From: Chiloscyllium plagiosum | Taxonomy: Eukaryota | Length of the DNA: 59,773 bases | NCBI RefSeq assembly: GCF_004010195.1 | Contig: NC_057718.1 | Location: forward strand, 73,927,828 to 73,987,600 | Direction of reading: 5' to 3' | In this document: piece by piece, positions 36,807 to 49,965 of the stretch | Numbering within the stretch: position 1 is the first letter of the stretch | How the letters are laid out: each line of letters starts with the position of its first letter | Notes under the pieces: model-generated | Told to the model about the DNA's origin: nothing | The model's database searches: none | What the model saw: only the letters and a program-made list of their open reading frames with translations | Position numbers and translations under genes: made by a program

Positions 36807-39800
36807 CAGAATAGTCTCTCTTAGAACCAAAATGTCCTATCTATGTTCAAGGCATGCACCCATAGATCAACACGACTGTTTGTTTAATTCTTTCAAACTC
36901 AATGTAAATCTGACCTGGTTCCTTCTTTGTTTTTGAATTGCTGTCTATATGCTTCTGGTACCAATTAATAAGCACTTAAGATAGCCTGTTTAACTTCTTC
37001 ATTATCTTTTGACACCTCATCTGACAGCGTGACAAATACCTCACTAGCTCTGCCTACCCGTTTAGTCTGAACTAGCATTACCCATAAATCCTCAGACCAC
37101 TCTATCTGCTTAGCCAATTTTTCGAATGGAACAAAGAAGGCTTCAACAGCTTTCTCGTCAAAATGTGGCAGAATTTTGACATTTAAATATCGCTACCTTC
37201 TCTTTTAATCTCCATCCTGTTAACTTGACTTTGCTGACTAAGTCACAATTTCTCCAGTTCAAATTCTCTCTCTTTGCTCAGCCAAGAATCTTGTTTCTCT
37301 CTTTTTCCTCTCTCTCTTTCTCTCTCCCTTTGTTTATCTTCTAACTTCATTTTCCTCTATTGTAATTTAACTTTTTATACCTCTACTGCTGTTTCTCTGA
37401 CACACCTAAGTGTTTGAGTAATTCTTATAATTTCAGATTTAGTTTTGTTTTTGGTTAAACCCAAATCTAACTTATTTGCTAATTCTAAACGTATGGCCTT
37501 TTTCTTTCCTTCTAAACTTTCTTGGCGAATTTGAGAATCATTTTTCAAATCCCAGAACCTCTTTAGCAATTTTAAGAGCCATTTCTTCTCACTTTTAATT
37601 TACTCAACCACAAGAAATTAAACAAAGTGTCTTACCTACGTTTTATTTAAAGATCTAGGACATTAACCTGCAAGTGTTTAAATCTGCTGGTATTTTTCGT
37701 ACCCCAAATTTATTCAAATCTGTCTAAACTAGTTCAAATCATGGACTCGAGCCCCCAAGCTGTTACGACATGGGATAGCCCTTCTGCTTAATTTAAAACC
37801 AGCAACACAGAAAAGATTATCCCATGCAGTAATCTGTAAAAATTCGAGGCACCATGGACTATTTGAAGCAAAAATTAACAACTTTATTTCTTAAAGTATA
37901 ACAGAGAATAATTAACTAATCACTATTTACAGTTTCGTCCTCTAACCTATCTTTTACCTTCCCTTCTGTAATACTAGTCCAATAAAACTCCCAATTAAGA
38001 TTTACATAACTACACCTCTGATCTCAAAACCAGGCAACTTTCGTTCTCCTATTCGGATCTTCCTGTATCATCTTGTCGTCGTCTTAGGAATTTCTACGTC
38101 ACAGGTTACTGATCGAAAAGTTACTTTTAAGAGAGCTGTTTACAGGCTGGGCTTGGCGGTTCTCCTCTCAACTGTTCAATTTTCCCCAGTCCTATACCCC
38201 CAAAGAATCTGATTGTGTCATTGACTTTTAAGATTGTCAATAGACTAAATTAAAACTGGATTGGAATTTGATATTTTTCAGGGTATAATTTAATTTGATT
38301 GGCCGAATTCAAATTTGTTTTTGTCTCCAGGCAATGAGCTAATTGAATTGTTCAAGCATGTGTTACATTGTTGCCTTATTAAGGATCACATGGTGCTGTG
38401 TCCGGTAGTTCTGCTGCTTTTAACTCTCTTAAAGTATACCTACATCTTCATAACACCAATGTACATAAAATCAACATATCTAATGACTGAAGAATTTCTC
38501 CTTAATTTGACATGAGCTCCAAGTATTAATTCTTAATTATTTATTGGTATAGCGGGCTAGCGAGTGAGCAAGTTTCCAGTATCCATGATGCCAAACATAC
38601 CTCAGCTAAATATTACATCTGTGGTCTGATCCTTGCCTGTTTTGTTGAACCAAAACCATGTATGCTCATGTGCATTAGTTTAACCTTCAGATCTGAATCC
38701 TTCTGTACCAGGAGCCAAAGCAGAGGTCCTCCCAGTCCCCTCTGCAGGATATGGATGCTTCTCCGTTAACTCAGCTGTCCCAGAGGCCGCTTGCTAACCA
38801 GAGCTCGGAGTCTTATTAACTATGTGTCAGTGTCAAATACATCAACATCAGGTTAATCACCTTTTGCTTAACCCTGGTCCAGTCCAATGACTTCTTGGGG
38901 TGTAATGAAATGAAATTCAGGTTCATGCTCCTTGTTTTTTTCATATCCTCCAGTTCTCTATCTGCACATCACCTTACTCAATAACTGTAAAATAAATCAT
39001 ACATAGACTCAATTTTCCCAGCTTTCTTATCTATCTTGAGGATACTTCTTCAATATGATTCCTTCCTTGCCAATTTTATGAATAATTTTATCTTTGAGTG
39101 GTAACTACCTCCATATGCAAGTACTCCCTCTGAGCTGCAATGTACATGGTATCAAATAATGCAGCCCTAACAAATTGCAATGCATTCATCAGGCTTTACC
39201 ATTTGTCCTCTTTCATTTTTTTCAGGGTATCCGTATGTTATCTGATCGGCCATTTCCCTCAGCTCACTATCATGCCTCCCATGTCCACATTCTTTTATTT
39301 CTGTAATATTTGACATAGTAGCCGATCACACCTTTTATTTTGATTTTTCTTTTACCTCCCAGTTTTGCTGTGTGTCGGTGTGTAATTGTTTTTGTGCTCT
39401 TCCAGGCCCCACACATCAATTTGTCGTTTGAGACCGATTCTTCAGTGATTTTTTTTTTAAACCATGAATTCCCTCATGTTTGTTACCTCCAAGATAACAA
39501 TCACTTTTGTACACTTAACATTGGTATCCAAAGATCATGTCACACATTCTTGACTCTTGTATGATCTTATCAAAGATCTATGAGGTTTCACTTGCCTCTG
39601 TGCATATAGTCCCAATGCCTTTGGCAGTGCCCCACCGGCAAGTTTAGTTATCTTAAAAGGAAAGACATGGACACAAACATCATCAAGATAAAAGTATTAG
39701 TTTAGTGCTTGCATCTAAACTTTCCTTTCACTAAAATGCATTTTAACCTCAATTGCTGTTACAACCCATTATTCTAATTTTATCTGTCTTCTGCCCCCAC

Positions 39801-39982
39801 TTAAGCACTTCCTCTCAATTAATTTTGTAATTCAGCTGTTACCTAATTTGGAACAATTTGTAGTCCAATGAAACATCAATCAATGATATCTTAAAACAGA
39901 AGTCAAACATTTCTGTTTGATTCAGGCAAAAATATATTTTTATTCTTTCACTAAAACTACCACTTTTTTATAGAAAAGGTAC

Positions 39983-40190
39983 TTAGTCATAGAGATGTAC
40001 AGCATGGAAACAGACCCTTTGGTACAACCCGTCCATGCCGACCAGATATCCCAACCCAATCTAGTCCCACCTGCCAGCACCCGGCCCATATCCCTCCAAA
40101 CCATTCCTATTCATATACCCATCCAAATGCCTTTTAAATGTTGCAATTGTACCAGCCTCTACCACTTCCTCTGGCAGCTCATTCCATCCA
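39983..40190 (-). mobile_element. CR1 LINE 3' tail
   Basis: WNELPEEVVEAGTIATFKRHLDGYMNR. Confidence 0.88.
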
Positions 40191-41222
40191 ATGATACATG
40201 AATTCAAACAGCAAAGGCAGTAACTGTGCAGTCTCTCTCTCTCTCTCTCTCTCTCTTGCAATGACCTCACCATGTGCTTCCTTTGCCTGTTCTTCTCCCT
40301 TTTAAAACTGCTGTTGTACTTGATAACTCATTCTAGAAATTTTGATATAGCTCTACGTAAATTTGTCCAAATTCTAAATTTTAATGATTGCCTCAAAGTC
40401 ACAATTTTTTTCTGCATTGAAACCACTGAGATTCTGTGCATGCATCCTATCATTTTGCTGAGTCCTTTCAAATTTTCAAGTGACTATTCCCTTTAAATGT
40501 TTTAGAATGTCAAACCATGTGATTCTTAATATAATTTTTTATCGCTATATGCTTAAGTGTATATATGCTTAATGGTTTTGAAAGTTCTGATAATCAGTAC
40601 CTATAATATTTTCACGGTAGTTCTCAATTGTTGAGATGCATTGTTAACAAATGGCTTGATTGGTTGAGGTTTCCTTATCCATCCCTCTGTTGATACATTG
40701 AAAGTCTGCAAGCAGTTGAGAAGTTTGAAGCCATTGGCAAAAACATTCAGTATCTTCAATTATCTGGAAAACAAACAGTATCCATCCAATCCACTTCAAG
40801 CAGATTGGGTCATTCAGTGGTGGTGTACTGCTGGTTGATAGGAGTGTAGTGAAAACTTCTGGATGTTATAACATCAACAACATCTCTTCCTCCAGTACAG
40901 AAATAAGTGCTTTATATTCAACAAAGGAAAAGCCTATCTCCTTTGTTAGAGTCCTCTCTTTTCCTTTTAAACCCCTTGATATAAGTTTTTTCAGATTTAG
41001 AACGTTATCAGATAATTTTGTTCAAAGAGAATTGCATTTCCAAAATTCCAGTTTCTCTATTACTTACATACTTTCCCACCAAAGTATTTGTAAGTTCACT
41101 GGCCAGAAAATGAAATTCCAAAACAATAATTTAAACCTAAAGTTTCTGAAATTAAATTTACCCAAGGTTCTTCCAAACACAACTCAGTACTGTAATTTTA
41201 GGAACGAGCACATAAGTTATAT

Positions 41223-41440
41223 CAGATATAAAAACAAATTCTGAAAAACCTCAGCATGTCTGGCAGCATCTGTGAGGAGAAATTAGAGTTGATGTTTCTG
41301 GTCTAGTGATCCCTCTTCAGAACTGGACCTGAAATGTTAACTCTGACTTCTCTTCATAGGTGCTGCCATATCTGCTGAGCTTTTCCAGCAACTTCTGTTT
41401 TTGTTTATAATTTACACCATCCGCAGTTTTTTTGGTTTTT
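41223..41440. mobile_element. Short palindromic Penelope pLTR-derived insertion
   Basis: Imperfect inverted arms ~41230-41304 and ~41325-41403; 13-bp TSD ACATAAGTTATAT (41210-41222, 41441-41453). Confidence 0.75.
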
Positions 41441-43295
41441 ACATAAGTTATATGTTTGACTGAATTTTACTTCTTTTTAATCAACTGTAGCTAATTCCAA
41501 GAGAGAAATGTTTGCCAAGTTTTAAGAACCAAATTTTAAATCAACATTTCGTAGCAGATTTTTCTCTTCACAGAACAACTATTCACTCACCATTCATGTT
41601 CCAAATTGATACAGGTACACATCACCCTTTCAAATCGCCACATTCTCAAAATGCAAAATAAACTCGGTATTCATCTCTCGAGTTCCAGGACACAAAATAT
41701 ACAAATTACACAAGACAACATTTAACAACCAGCAAATGAAGATGTGTACAAACCAGACCATAAAAATAGTTAAGTTAGTAGAGGGGCTATGGGTACTCTC
41801 TTTCGCATCCAGACAGGAAAAAGATATTACTTCAGGTAGACACAATAGCTGATATATATCTCTCTCGCTCTCAGCGAGAAGCACACAGCAGCTGCGCATT
41901 CCAAATGAACAGCCATACAGGGAATTTACCTTCATAAATCTCAGCTATGGCAACATTATTTCATGTCCAAATTCTCCAATTCTTTGGGAGATTATTCAAG
42001 TCGTATTTCAATTTTCTTCGGAATCTAACTGTCCATTTTTTCTTAGCCAATTTAATCTTATGGGGAGTGGCCTGTTCCTTGGTCTTTTTTCATTTTAAGA
42101 GTGATTTTTTTAATCATTTTTTGTATTCTCTTAACGAGTACTTCCTCTCTTCTGTTTTGATGGAAGTGGTCTCTTGAGATCATTTACTATCACCACATGA
42201 CATTCATGGGCTTCCCTTGGTAAATTAAATTATTTGCTAACATGGTGGTACTTTTAACCCTTTTTACATTATATTCCTCTCTGTAGCTTTGGGGGTCTAG
42301 ACTTTGGATGCAAGCTTCCCCCTGCATCTTCACACAATTGTGTTTGCTTTGGCAAAAGCATTTTGGTTTTCTGTTAGTATGGCTTTGACTGTTGAATCCT
42401 GGCTCATATGTATAGGGTTTACCCATATTTCTCCCACTATGCAAAGTCATTCCTTGTATTGATCGACTGATATTTCAGCGATGCACTATTCCTTGTTGTA
42501 ATTAGCAGCTGGCATGTTTGCCAAACCTCCCCAATCTCTATCATTACCTTTCCTTCCTATCTCAGGTCCGAAATCTCTCATTCCTGTCTGATTGGCCAGC
42601 TGGCTTTGTAGCTTTTCTATCCGTTTTGACATTTTGTATGGTTTCCGGTGTTACTTTTCTTCTCCTGATCTGTTCTATATACTGCATTCATAGCAGTATT
42701 CAAATGATTGCATTACTTTTACAGTACCCAAGATTTGGAATTCACACTGGCCAGGCAATTTCCCAAGTCCTTGGTGTTATCTTGAAGCGTCCAAGCATGG
42801 GATCCTCAACTTGAAGGTTGATCTCCGATGTTTTTGCTGCTGGTCTGCCCAGAATCCGTCACTTTTTAAATACTTTTTTCCTTTTCTTCTCGAACTGTGA
42901 TGTCTTATTCTTTATTGCATCTGGCTCATCTGCTGAGCCTTATTGTTTTCGTTATTGGCTCTGGCCCAAGGACACCAGTAGCATTACCTCATTACTCTTC
43001 CACCAAATGAGGATTTACACCTTGCCATCCCTCGAGCTCGCTCGAACTAGATCAGCTAAGCTAGTGGCTGGGGCTTGGGTAACCTCCGTTCACAAGCTGC
43101 TGTTTTTGTGTGAGCATCTCCTGGCCAACAAAAGTTGTTTGGTTTTCATTTCCAGAACAGTCCTCTGTGTGCAAATATCCTGGGTTGTTATCTACATATG
43201 GATAATGCAATACCAGCTGCAGATTCAGAATTGGAGTGAGAGATTATTCACTGGTGTATTTGAATGACTAATTTGAATGTTTCTTCCTATTTCAG

Positions 43296-43452
43296 TAAAA
43301 CATAGTGAGTATTTACAACAAGTTGCATTGGAAGAGTATGGACCGGATCTGCACCTAGCTCTGAGAAGCCGTAGAGATGAACTCCAATATCTTAGGAAAT
43401 TAACTGAATTGTTATTTCCATACATCCTACCACCAAAAGCAACAGAGTGCAG
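43296..43452 (+). CDS. SNX14: SNX14 coding exon E (PXA domain)
   Basis: tttcag|TA...AG|gtaata; (V)[51 protein letters not shown](R); 157 nt. Confidence 0.96.
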
Positions 43453-43879
43453 GTAATATATTTTCTTTTCTTTTGCATTCTTTTTGGAATGGGAAGAGTA
43501 CATTTAATGGCAAAGTTTTTTTAAAAATAAAATATTCTATAAACAAAATGATTTGCTAGGGATTTTTTCCATAAAACTAAAAGTCATTTTTCTGCACGGT
43601 TTCAATATTGTGAACTTTTTAACTTTAAATTCTGACCATATATTTAAATTGGGATGATCCTTTTTGATGTTTAATTGAAATTCTAAAATTTTAAGATGCT
43701 ACTTTTTCCTGAGTTTTTGTCAAAACTTTTCCAGTATTAATTTGCTATCTGTATCCACACCTCAAATGTAACTTTTGCATTTTTATGTTCTGACATGTTC
43801 ATGGGCTTTGCTCCTTTGCTATGATTTCTTCCTGTCCCATAATTCCCAAAATGCACATTCCTCGAATTCCAGCATCTCA

Positions 43880-44550
43880 AATGGACAAAAGTGGACAAAT
43901 GGAGTGTAATGTGGGAAAATGTACAGTTCATTTTGAATGGGAGAACAAAAGAACAGTATTATTTAAGTGAAGAAAAAACTAGCGAAAGCTGCAACACAAA
44001 GATATTTAGGGCGAAATGCATGTGAAACACAGGAAGCTAACACGGTTACACCAGGTAATCCAGAAGGCTAATGGAATGTTGTACCTTATTTCAAGGGGGT
44101 TGGAAGCTAAGAATGTTGCCTTACTGCAACTGTACAAGGTGCTGGTGAGACCACATCTACAGTAGTGAGGGCGGTTTTGGTCTCCTTATTTAAGGAAAGA
44201 TACCGTTTTATTGGAGTCAGTTCAGGGAAGCTTGACAGGGTAAATGCTGAGAGAACGTTTACTCACATTGGAGTTTCTAGGACCAGAGGACATAGTCTCA
44301 GAATAAAGGGATGTCAACTGAAGACACATGAGGAATTTCTTCTGAATCTTTGGCACAGTCTTCTTGTATGTGGGGTGAGGGAGGTGGTGGGGGAGAAGAG
44401 TGTGCAGAAACCTTGTGTGTATTTAAGATTGAGGTAGATTCTTTATCAGTATGGAAATCAAGGGTCACATAAAAAAGGCAGCAAAGTAGATGTGAGGAAT
44501 GCTAGATCAGCCATGATCCCATTGAGTGGCAGAACAGACTTGAGGGGCCA
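43880..44550 (+). mobile_element. Old CR1 3' fragment
   Basis: LYKVLVRPHL, RTRGHSLRIKG remnants. Confidence 0.75.
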
Positions 44551-45354
44551 GGAGACAGTAAGGGCTGCAGATGATGGAAGCTATTGTCAATAGATGTGAA
44601 GCTAGAAAAGCACAGCAGGTGAGGCTATTTCTGGGGAGGAGGAAAGACAATATTTTGGGCCGAAACAGCTTGTATCTGTTGCCATTTCTTATGGTCTTAT
44701 GCCTTTCACCCACCCACCTACACTGGCAATACCTGAAGAGCTGCAATTTATAAGGTTCAGGTATTCCTCCCCTAAAACACTTCTGTTTTTCATTTATTGT
44801 TCAGATGATCCTGAAATCCATCTTTTTCACCAAGCTTTTGATTATATTCTTCACTTTCTTCCTTAGTTTGGCATTCACGTTCTGCTTGGGGACAGTACCT
44901 ATGAAGTACTGGAAAGCTTTTCTCTATTATGGTTATGTATAAATGTAAATTGTTATAAAACTGCTTAATTAGTTTGAAATAAATTGCAATTCAAGTACAG
45001 TAGTGCAATAATAAATTCTGTACTCTCCATAGTTATGCACCTCATAATTACACTCGTGTAGCTGTCATAATGTGATCATTTCTTAGCTTAATCTGAAAGT
45101 TGGAACAATCCTAGGCTGTTGATTATTTTATTTAAATGTATCCTCAGGAGTTTACTATTTAGCAGAGGCCCTCTTAATTAGCAGAAAAAGTTTCAACTTA
45201 GTCCTCTATTTAATTTCTTTTTTAATCTAAATTTCTGGGCCATATGAAGGAATTTAGGGGAGAACTGTGCATTTGTTTTTCAGACTTTGATTCTATTTGC
45301 CCAGAAGTCTAATGCAGAATATACAATTTGATTCCCTCTTTGTTTGATATCTAG

Positions 45355-45430
45355 ATCTCTAACCTTGTTGATTCAAGAAATTCTAGCTGGGTCAGTGTTT
45401 CTTCCCTCTTTGGACTTCTTGGCTGATCCA
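45355..45430 (+). CDS. SNX14: SNX14 coding exon F (PXA domain)
   Basis: ctag|A...CCA|gtaagt; [25 protein letters not shown]; 76 nt. Confidence 0.95.
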
Positions 45431-45849
45431 GTAAGTATCTTTATTAAACTAAACTGATTAATTCTCTGACCAAAAGAACAATTTATTTTTTACAAAAAAA
45501 CACAACTTATTTCCAGAACATAATCTGATTGTAAATTGTACTCATAACATCTGACATGGCCATGTTTGCACAGGTGCTCCTTAACCTGCTGTTTGAAATT
45601 GAATTTAAATTTTGATATTGGCTTTTACTCCAAACTAGCAAACTGCTTCCAGCTGAGAAATGGGCCATGCGTTTAAACTTCACTTAAGTCTTCTCCATGC
45701 TTCACCTAACCCCATCACGATATCCTTCTCTTTCAAATGTTTATCTAGCTTCCTCTTAAATGTACCTGTGCTCATTGTCTTAGAGTTCTTGTCTTAGTCA
45801 ATTCCACATTCTTGCTATTTAGGTTATGAAGTTTCTCTGTAATTCTCTC

Positions 45850-46455
45850 TTTATAAAAATGACAAACAGCAGTGGCCCCAAAACAGATCCTTGCGTTACA
45901 CCACTAGTAACCCAACTACATTTGAACATTTCCCACCCTCTGTCTTCTTACAACGAGCCAATTTCTGATCCAAACTGCTAAATCACCCTCAATCCCATGC
46001 CTCTGTAGTTTGTGCAATAGCCTACTGTGGTGAACCTTACTGAAATCCATATACGCCACGTCAATCACTTTGCCCTCATCCACCTGTTTGGTCACCTTCT
46101 CAAAGAACTCAAGGTTAGTGAGATATGATCTGCCCTTCACAAAACTGTGTTGACTATCCCTAATCAATTTATTCTTCTCTAGATGATAAATCCTATCTCT
46201 TATAGCCTTTCCAACACTTTACCCACAACGGAAGTAAGGCCCACTGGTCTATAATTACTAAGGTTGTCTCTACTTCCCTTGAACAAGGGACAACATTTGC
46301 TATCCTCCAGTCTTCTGGCACTATTCCTGTAGACAATGATGACATAAAGGTCAAAGTCAAAGGTTCTGCAATCTCCTCCCTGGCTTCCCAGAGAATTCTA
46401 GGATAAATCCCAACAGACCCAGGGGACTTACCTATTTTCACACTTTTCAGTATTG
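45850..46455 (-). mobile_element. CR1 ORF2 RT fragment
   Basis: KSPGSVGIYPRIL, VPEDWRIANVVP, QHSFVKGRSYLTNL. Confidence 0.88.
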
Positions 46456-46559
46456 GCAGTTGGATTCTGTAGTGCTGCCACATGTACAATGTTCAAATTG
46501 AGTGGCTACAATAATAAGTTCCATCTAAACTGTCTGGAATTTTGATTCTTAAAGTTCTC

Positions 46560-49500
46560 CAAAAGTTACACCACTATTCACACTCATTTTACAGATTATA
46601 AGACGAGATGCTCCTCTTTGGGTGTTTCAGTTTTAATTCTCAGAGTGGGAGCCACCTCTGCTTTATCACAGATTGGGGGCTAAGGTCTGAGATTTGGAGG
46701 GATTTGAGCAGATTTAAACAGACTTGGGGACTAGTGTCCTAGATCTTTAAATTAAATTTAAGTGAGAAGTGGAAAATGCATTATAAAGCGAAGCCCCACT
46801 AAGAACTAAAACCAAATCGTCCAAAGACTAGCCTTGTGCCCTATAATTTGTAAAACAGTATGTGAAAATTCTCGAGCTGATGATCAGTATATACGTTTGT
46901 CTCAGACATATTACTGGCAATATAAAGATTGAATTGTTGCAATGTCAACACTAAGCTCAAGGCCTTCTCAATGTGGAATAGTTCTGTTGATGAGTATGCG
47001 ATTTTCTGGAAGAACACCTGATAGATCTTTACATCTTATCATTATCTTGCAAGAATACAGCACTAACACCCACGTGGCTCACATCGATAGCCACCTTGAA
47101 CGGCTTTGCGTAAATAGGTATGGCTAACACTTGCAGTGGTTGACACAGCTTTCAGACTGTCAAATGCCTTCTGACATTGCTCCATCCAGTCAAATGCCTT
47201 CTGACATTGCTCCATCCAGTCAAATTTTCTGCACTTCTTTAACAAATCAATCATGCAGCAACCATAGTGCTAGAATTCTGCACGAACTTCCGATAAAAAT
47301 CACTCAATCCTAGTAATCGTAGTACTTTCCTCCTTGTCTATGGTATCGGAAACTCCCCAATAGCCTTTCTTTTTACATCCCATGGTGACGTCCTTCCATG
47401 TGCAATGACATGGCCCTGGAACGTGACTTTGAACTTTTGCAAACTGACTGTTAGCTAGGTTCATCACCAAGCCTGCTTTCCGAAGTCAATCAAACAATTC
47501 TGATAGTTACTCCAAATGTTCCTTCCATGTGTGACTAAAAATCACCACGTATACACCCCACGATTGGGGAATCTCGAAATAACTTTATTGGTTAGTATTT
47601 GAAATGTGGCTAGAGCATTTCTCCTTCAAATGGCATGACTTTAAACTGAAACAGTCCATTTAGTGCTACAAAAGCTAGAACGTAATCAGTTATTTAACAC
47701 TAAACAATAATTGTTCCAATGTAGTAACATCCTATAATCACAACCTTGGCAAAGGCAAATTCTAGAAATTAGACTCTCACAGGCCATTCTCCAATCCAGG
47801 AGAAAAAGCATCAAGAGAAGACTTGGAGAAGGAGTAGTAAGGAGAGATCCCCAGCTTTTATCTGTAGCTGATAGAGGAACGACAGCTTCCACATTCAGCT
47901 TCAAGACTTCTGCTACCGATAAACCTAAGACTAAAAATCCGGGTTCTGTAGAAGCTTGACTGCATCCATTCAGGCTGCTTCTATTGTTCCAACTTAATAA
48001 AAAAAAACCCAAGGCCCCTCAAGCTGTTTATTTTGAGCTATCAATAGATAGCTTGGTACCTCTGACTTAAAATTTCTCTTCAAAAAATACCTGGGGCAAA
48101 GTTGTTGAGACATTGGGTAGAGTAATTGTAAATAGGGAGACAGGAAGTTAGAATTTGGTGTGTGTTTGTGAAATTGTAGCATTGTAAATGGGGAAAGTTT
48201 TGCATGGTACCTTTGAAATGATTGTTTTTTCTGTGCCCAGAGATTAAAATGGATGTAAGTGAGCAGCAGCTTGAGTTTGCTAATGCACTGAGAAATATTT
48301 GTATCTCAAGGCCATGCAGTTAGTAGGCCAAGCAAAAGTTTTACCAAGACAATAGGATTTTGAATTTAGTCAGTTAATTAGAACCAGGCACTTAGATACC
48401 AAAAAAAAATTACATTTAAATCTGATGGTTTTGACAACATAGGACCAATTCTATTTAAGAAATATTGATAAGTCATCATAGGTATAAAAGAAGAGGGCAG
48501 TCGGACAAAGATACCACAGCTAACTGCCAACCACCAGAGCTAACAGCGCTCAGCTCTCAAGAGAAATTGGCGCTCTCAGTCATCTACTTATTAGAGAAAG
48601 CACCATCTAAACGATAATGGTACGCAACAATTTTGCGTAGATTATCGTAAGGTCAACGCTGTTATCAAATCTGACTTGTATCCAATTCCAAGACTGGATG
48701 ATTGTGTGGAAAAAGTAGGACAAGCCACTTACATCACAAAGTTGGCCTTATTTTCCAGTTACTAGCAAGTGCCTTTGTTGGAGAGAGCAAAACAAATCTC
48801 TGCTTTTGTAACCATAAATGGCTATATCAAATTAAGGTAATGCCTTTTGGATTGAAAAACGCACCAGCCACTTTTCAGAGGCTTATGAACAGAGTTGTTG
48901 CAGGATTGACTAATTATGCTATCTATATAGATGACCCAGTGATCTTAAGCCATTTGTAGAAAGGTCACATGGAGTATTTGGCAGAACTCTTTGAGAACGT
49001 ACGGAAGGCAAAGTTGGTCATAAACTTGGGAAAAACAGAAGTGCAGAAGAACAGGTTACACCACTATTCGCACTCATTTTACAGATTATAGGGCAAAATG
49101 CTCTCTTTGGGTGTTTCGGTTTTAGTTTTTAGAGGGGGAGCCACCTGCACTTTATAACAGACTGGGGGGCTAAGGTCCGAGATTTGGATAGATTTGGGCA
49201 GATTTAAATAGACTTAGGGACTAGTGTCCTAGATTTTTACTTAAAATTTAAGTGAGAAGTGTAAAATGCATTATAAAGCAAAGCCCCACTGAAAATTAAA
49301 ACCAAAACCCCGTCCAAAGAGGAGCATCGCGCCCTATAATCTGTAAAAATGAGTGTGAATAGTGGTGTAACCTGCTCTTCAGCAATTCTGTTTTTGCTCA
49401 GTTTATGACCAACTTTGCCTTCCATAGTTTTTCAGAGTGCTCTGCCAAATATTCCATGTGACCTTTCCATAAATAAATTACGCAGTATAGTTGAGTACCA

Positions 49501-49965
49501 TTATTATTTTGATGGTGCTTTCTCTAATAGGGAGATGACTGAGAACTAGTTTCTCTCTTGAGAGCGGAGGGCAGTTAGTTCTGGTGGTTGGCAGTTACCT
49601 GTGGTGTCTTTGGCCCAATGTTGTCCAAACCATCAGATTAAAATTTAATAGGTTTGGTATATAAGTGCCTGTTTCAAATTGATTGCTTGTCTAATTTCAA
49701 AATCCTGTTGTCTTGTTAAAAACTGCTTCTTGGCCTACTAACTGTACAGCCTTTCGATACAAATGTTTCAGTTCCAGCTCTTTAGATACTAGCAAACTCA
49801 ATGCTTCTCACATATCCATTTTAATCTCTAAGCACAGAAAAAATGCAATCTTTTTAAAGGCACCATGCAATATTTTCCCCATTTACAATTCTACAATTGC
49901 ACAAACTAACACCAAATTCTAATTTCCTGTCTCCCTATCTACAATTACTCTACCCAACTTCACAA
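46560..49965. mobile_element. Rearranged Gmr1-like LTR retrotransposon remnants with fold-back structure
   Basis: RT/RH remnants minus strand ~46880-47680; RT remnant plus strand ~48630-49040 (VDYRKVNAV...MPFGLKNAPATFQRLMN...YIDD); two LTR-end/PBS/leader cassettes; inverted arms 48103-49159 and ~49270-49965. Confidence 0.8.

Larger units (their letters stand above)
31762..37582 (-). pseudogene. Gmr1-like gag-pol remnant
   Basis: ATG 37582 (MALKIAKEVLG); gag LPHFDEKAVEAFF/PEAYRQQF; protease ILRDTGS and FVLGNDLAG; integrase [56 protein letters not shown]; RNase H IDASDIGIGAVL, YSTIEKELL; many stops and frameshifts. Confidence 0.9.
30852..38455 (-). mobile_element. Gmr1-like Ty3/gypsy LTR retrotransposon, full length, decayed
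   Basis: LTRs 30852-31565 and 37761-38455 (TGTTA...TAACA); CCAAT TSD (30847-30851, 38456-38460); PBS TGGGGGCTCG (37748-37757); PPT AAGGGGGAAGG next to 31565; domain order gag-PR-IN-RT-RH. Confidence 0.92.

Noticed and set aside
40232..40256. (CT)n microsatellite and associated ERERER ORF
   Set aside because: Ordinary simple repeat
40849..41244. 131-aa ORF and similar AT-rich intronic ORFs
   Set aside because: No homology or splice support recognised; expected by chance
47160..47225. 30-bp tandem duplication (FDWMEQCQKA twice)
   Set aside because: Simple local duplication in a dead RT-RH linker
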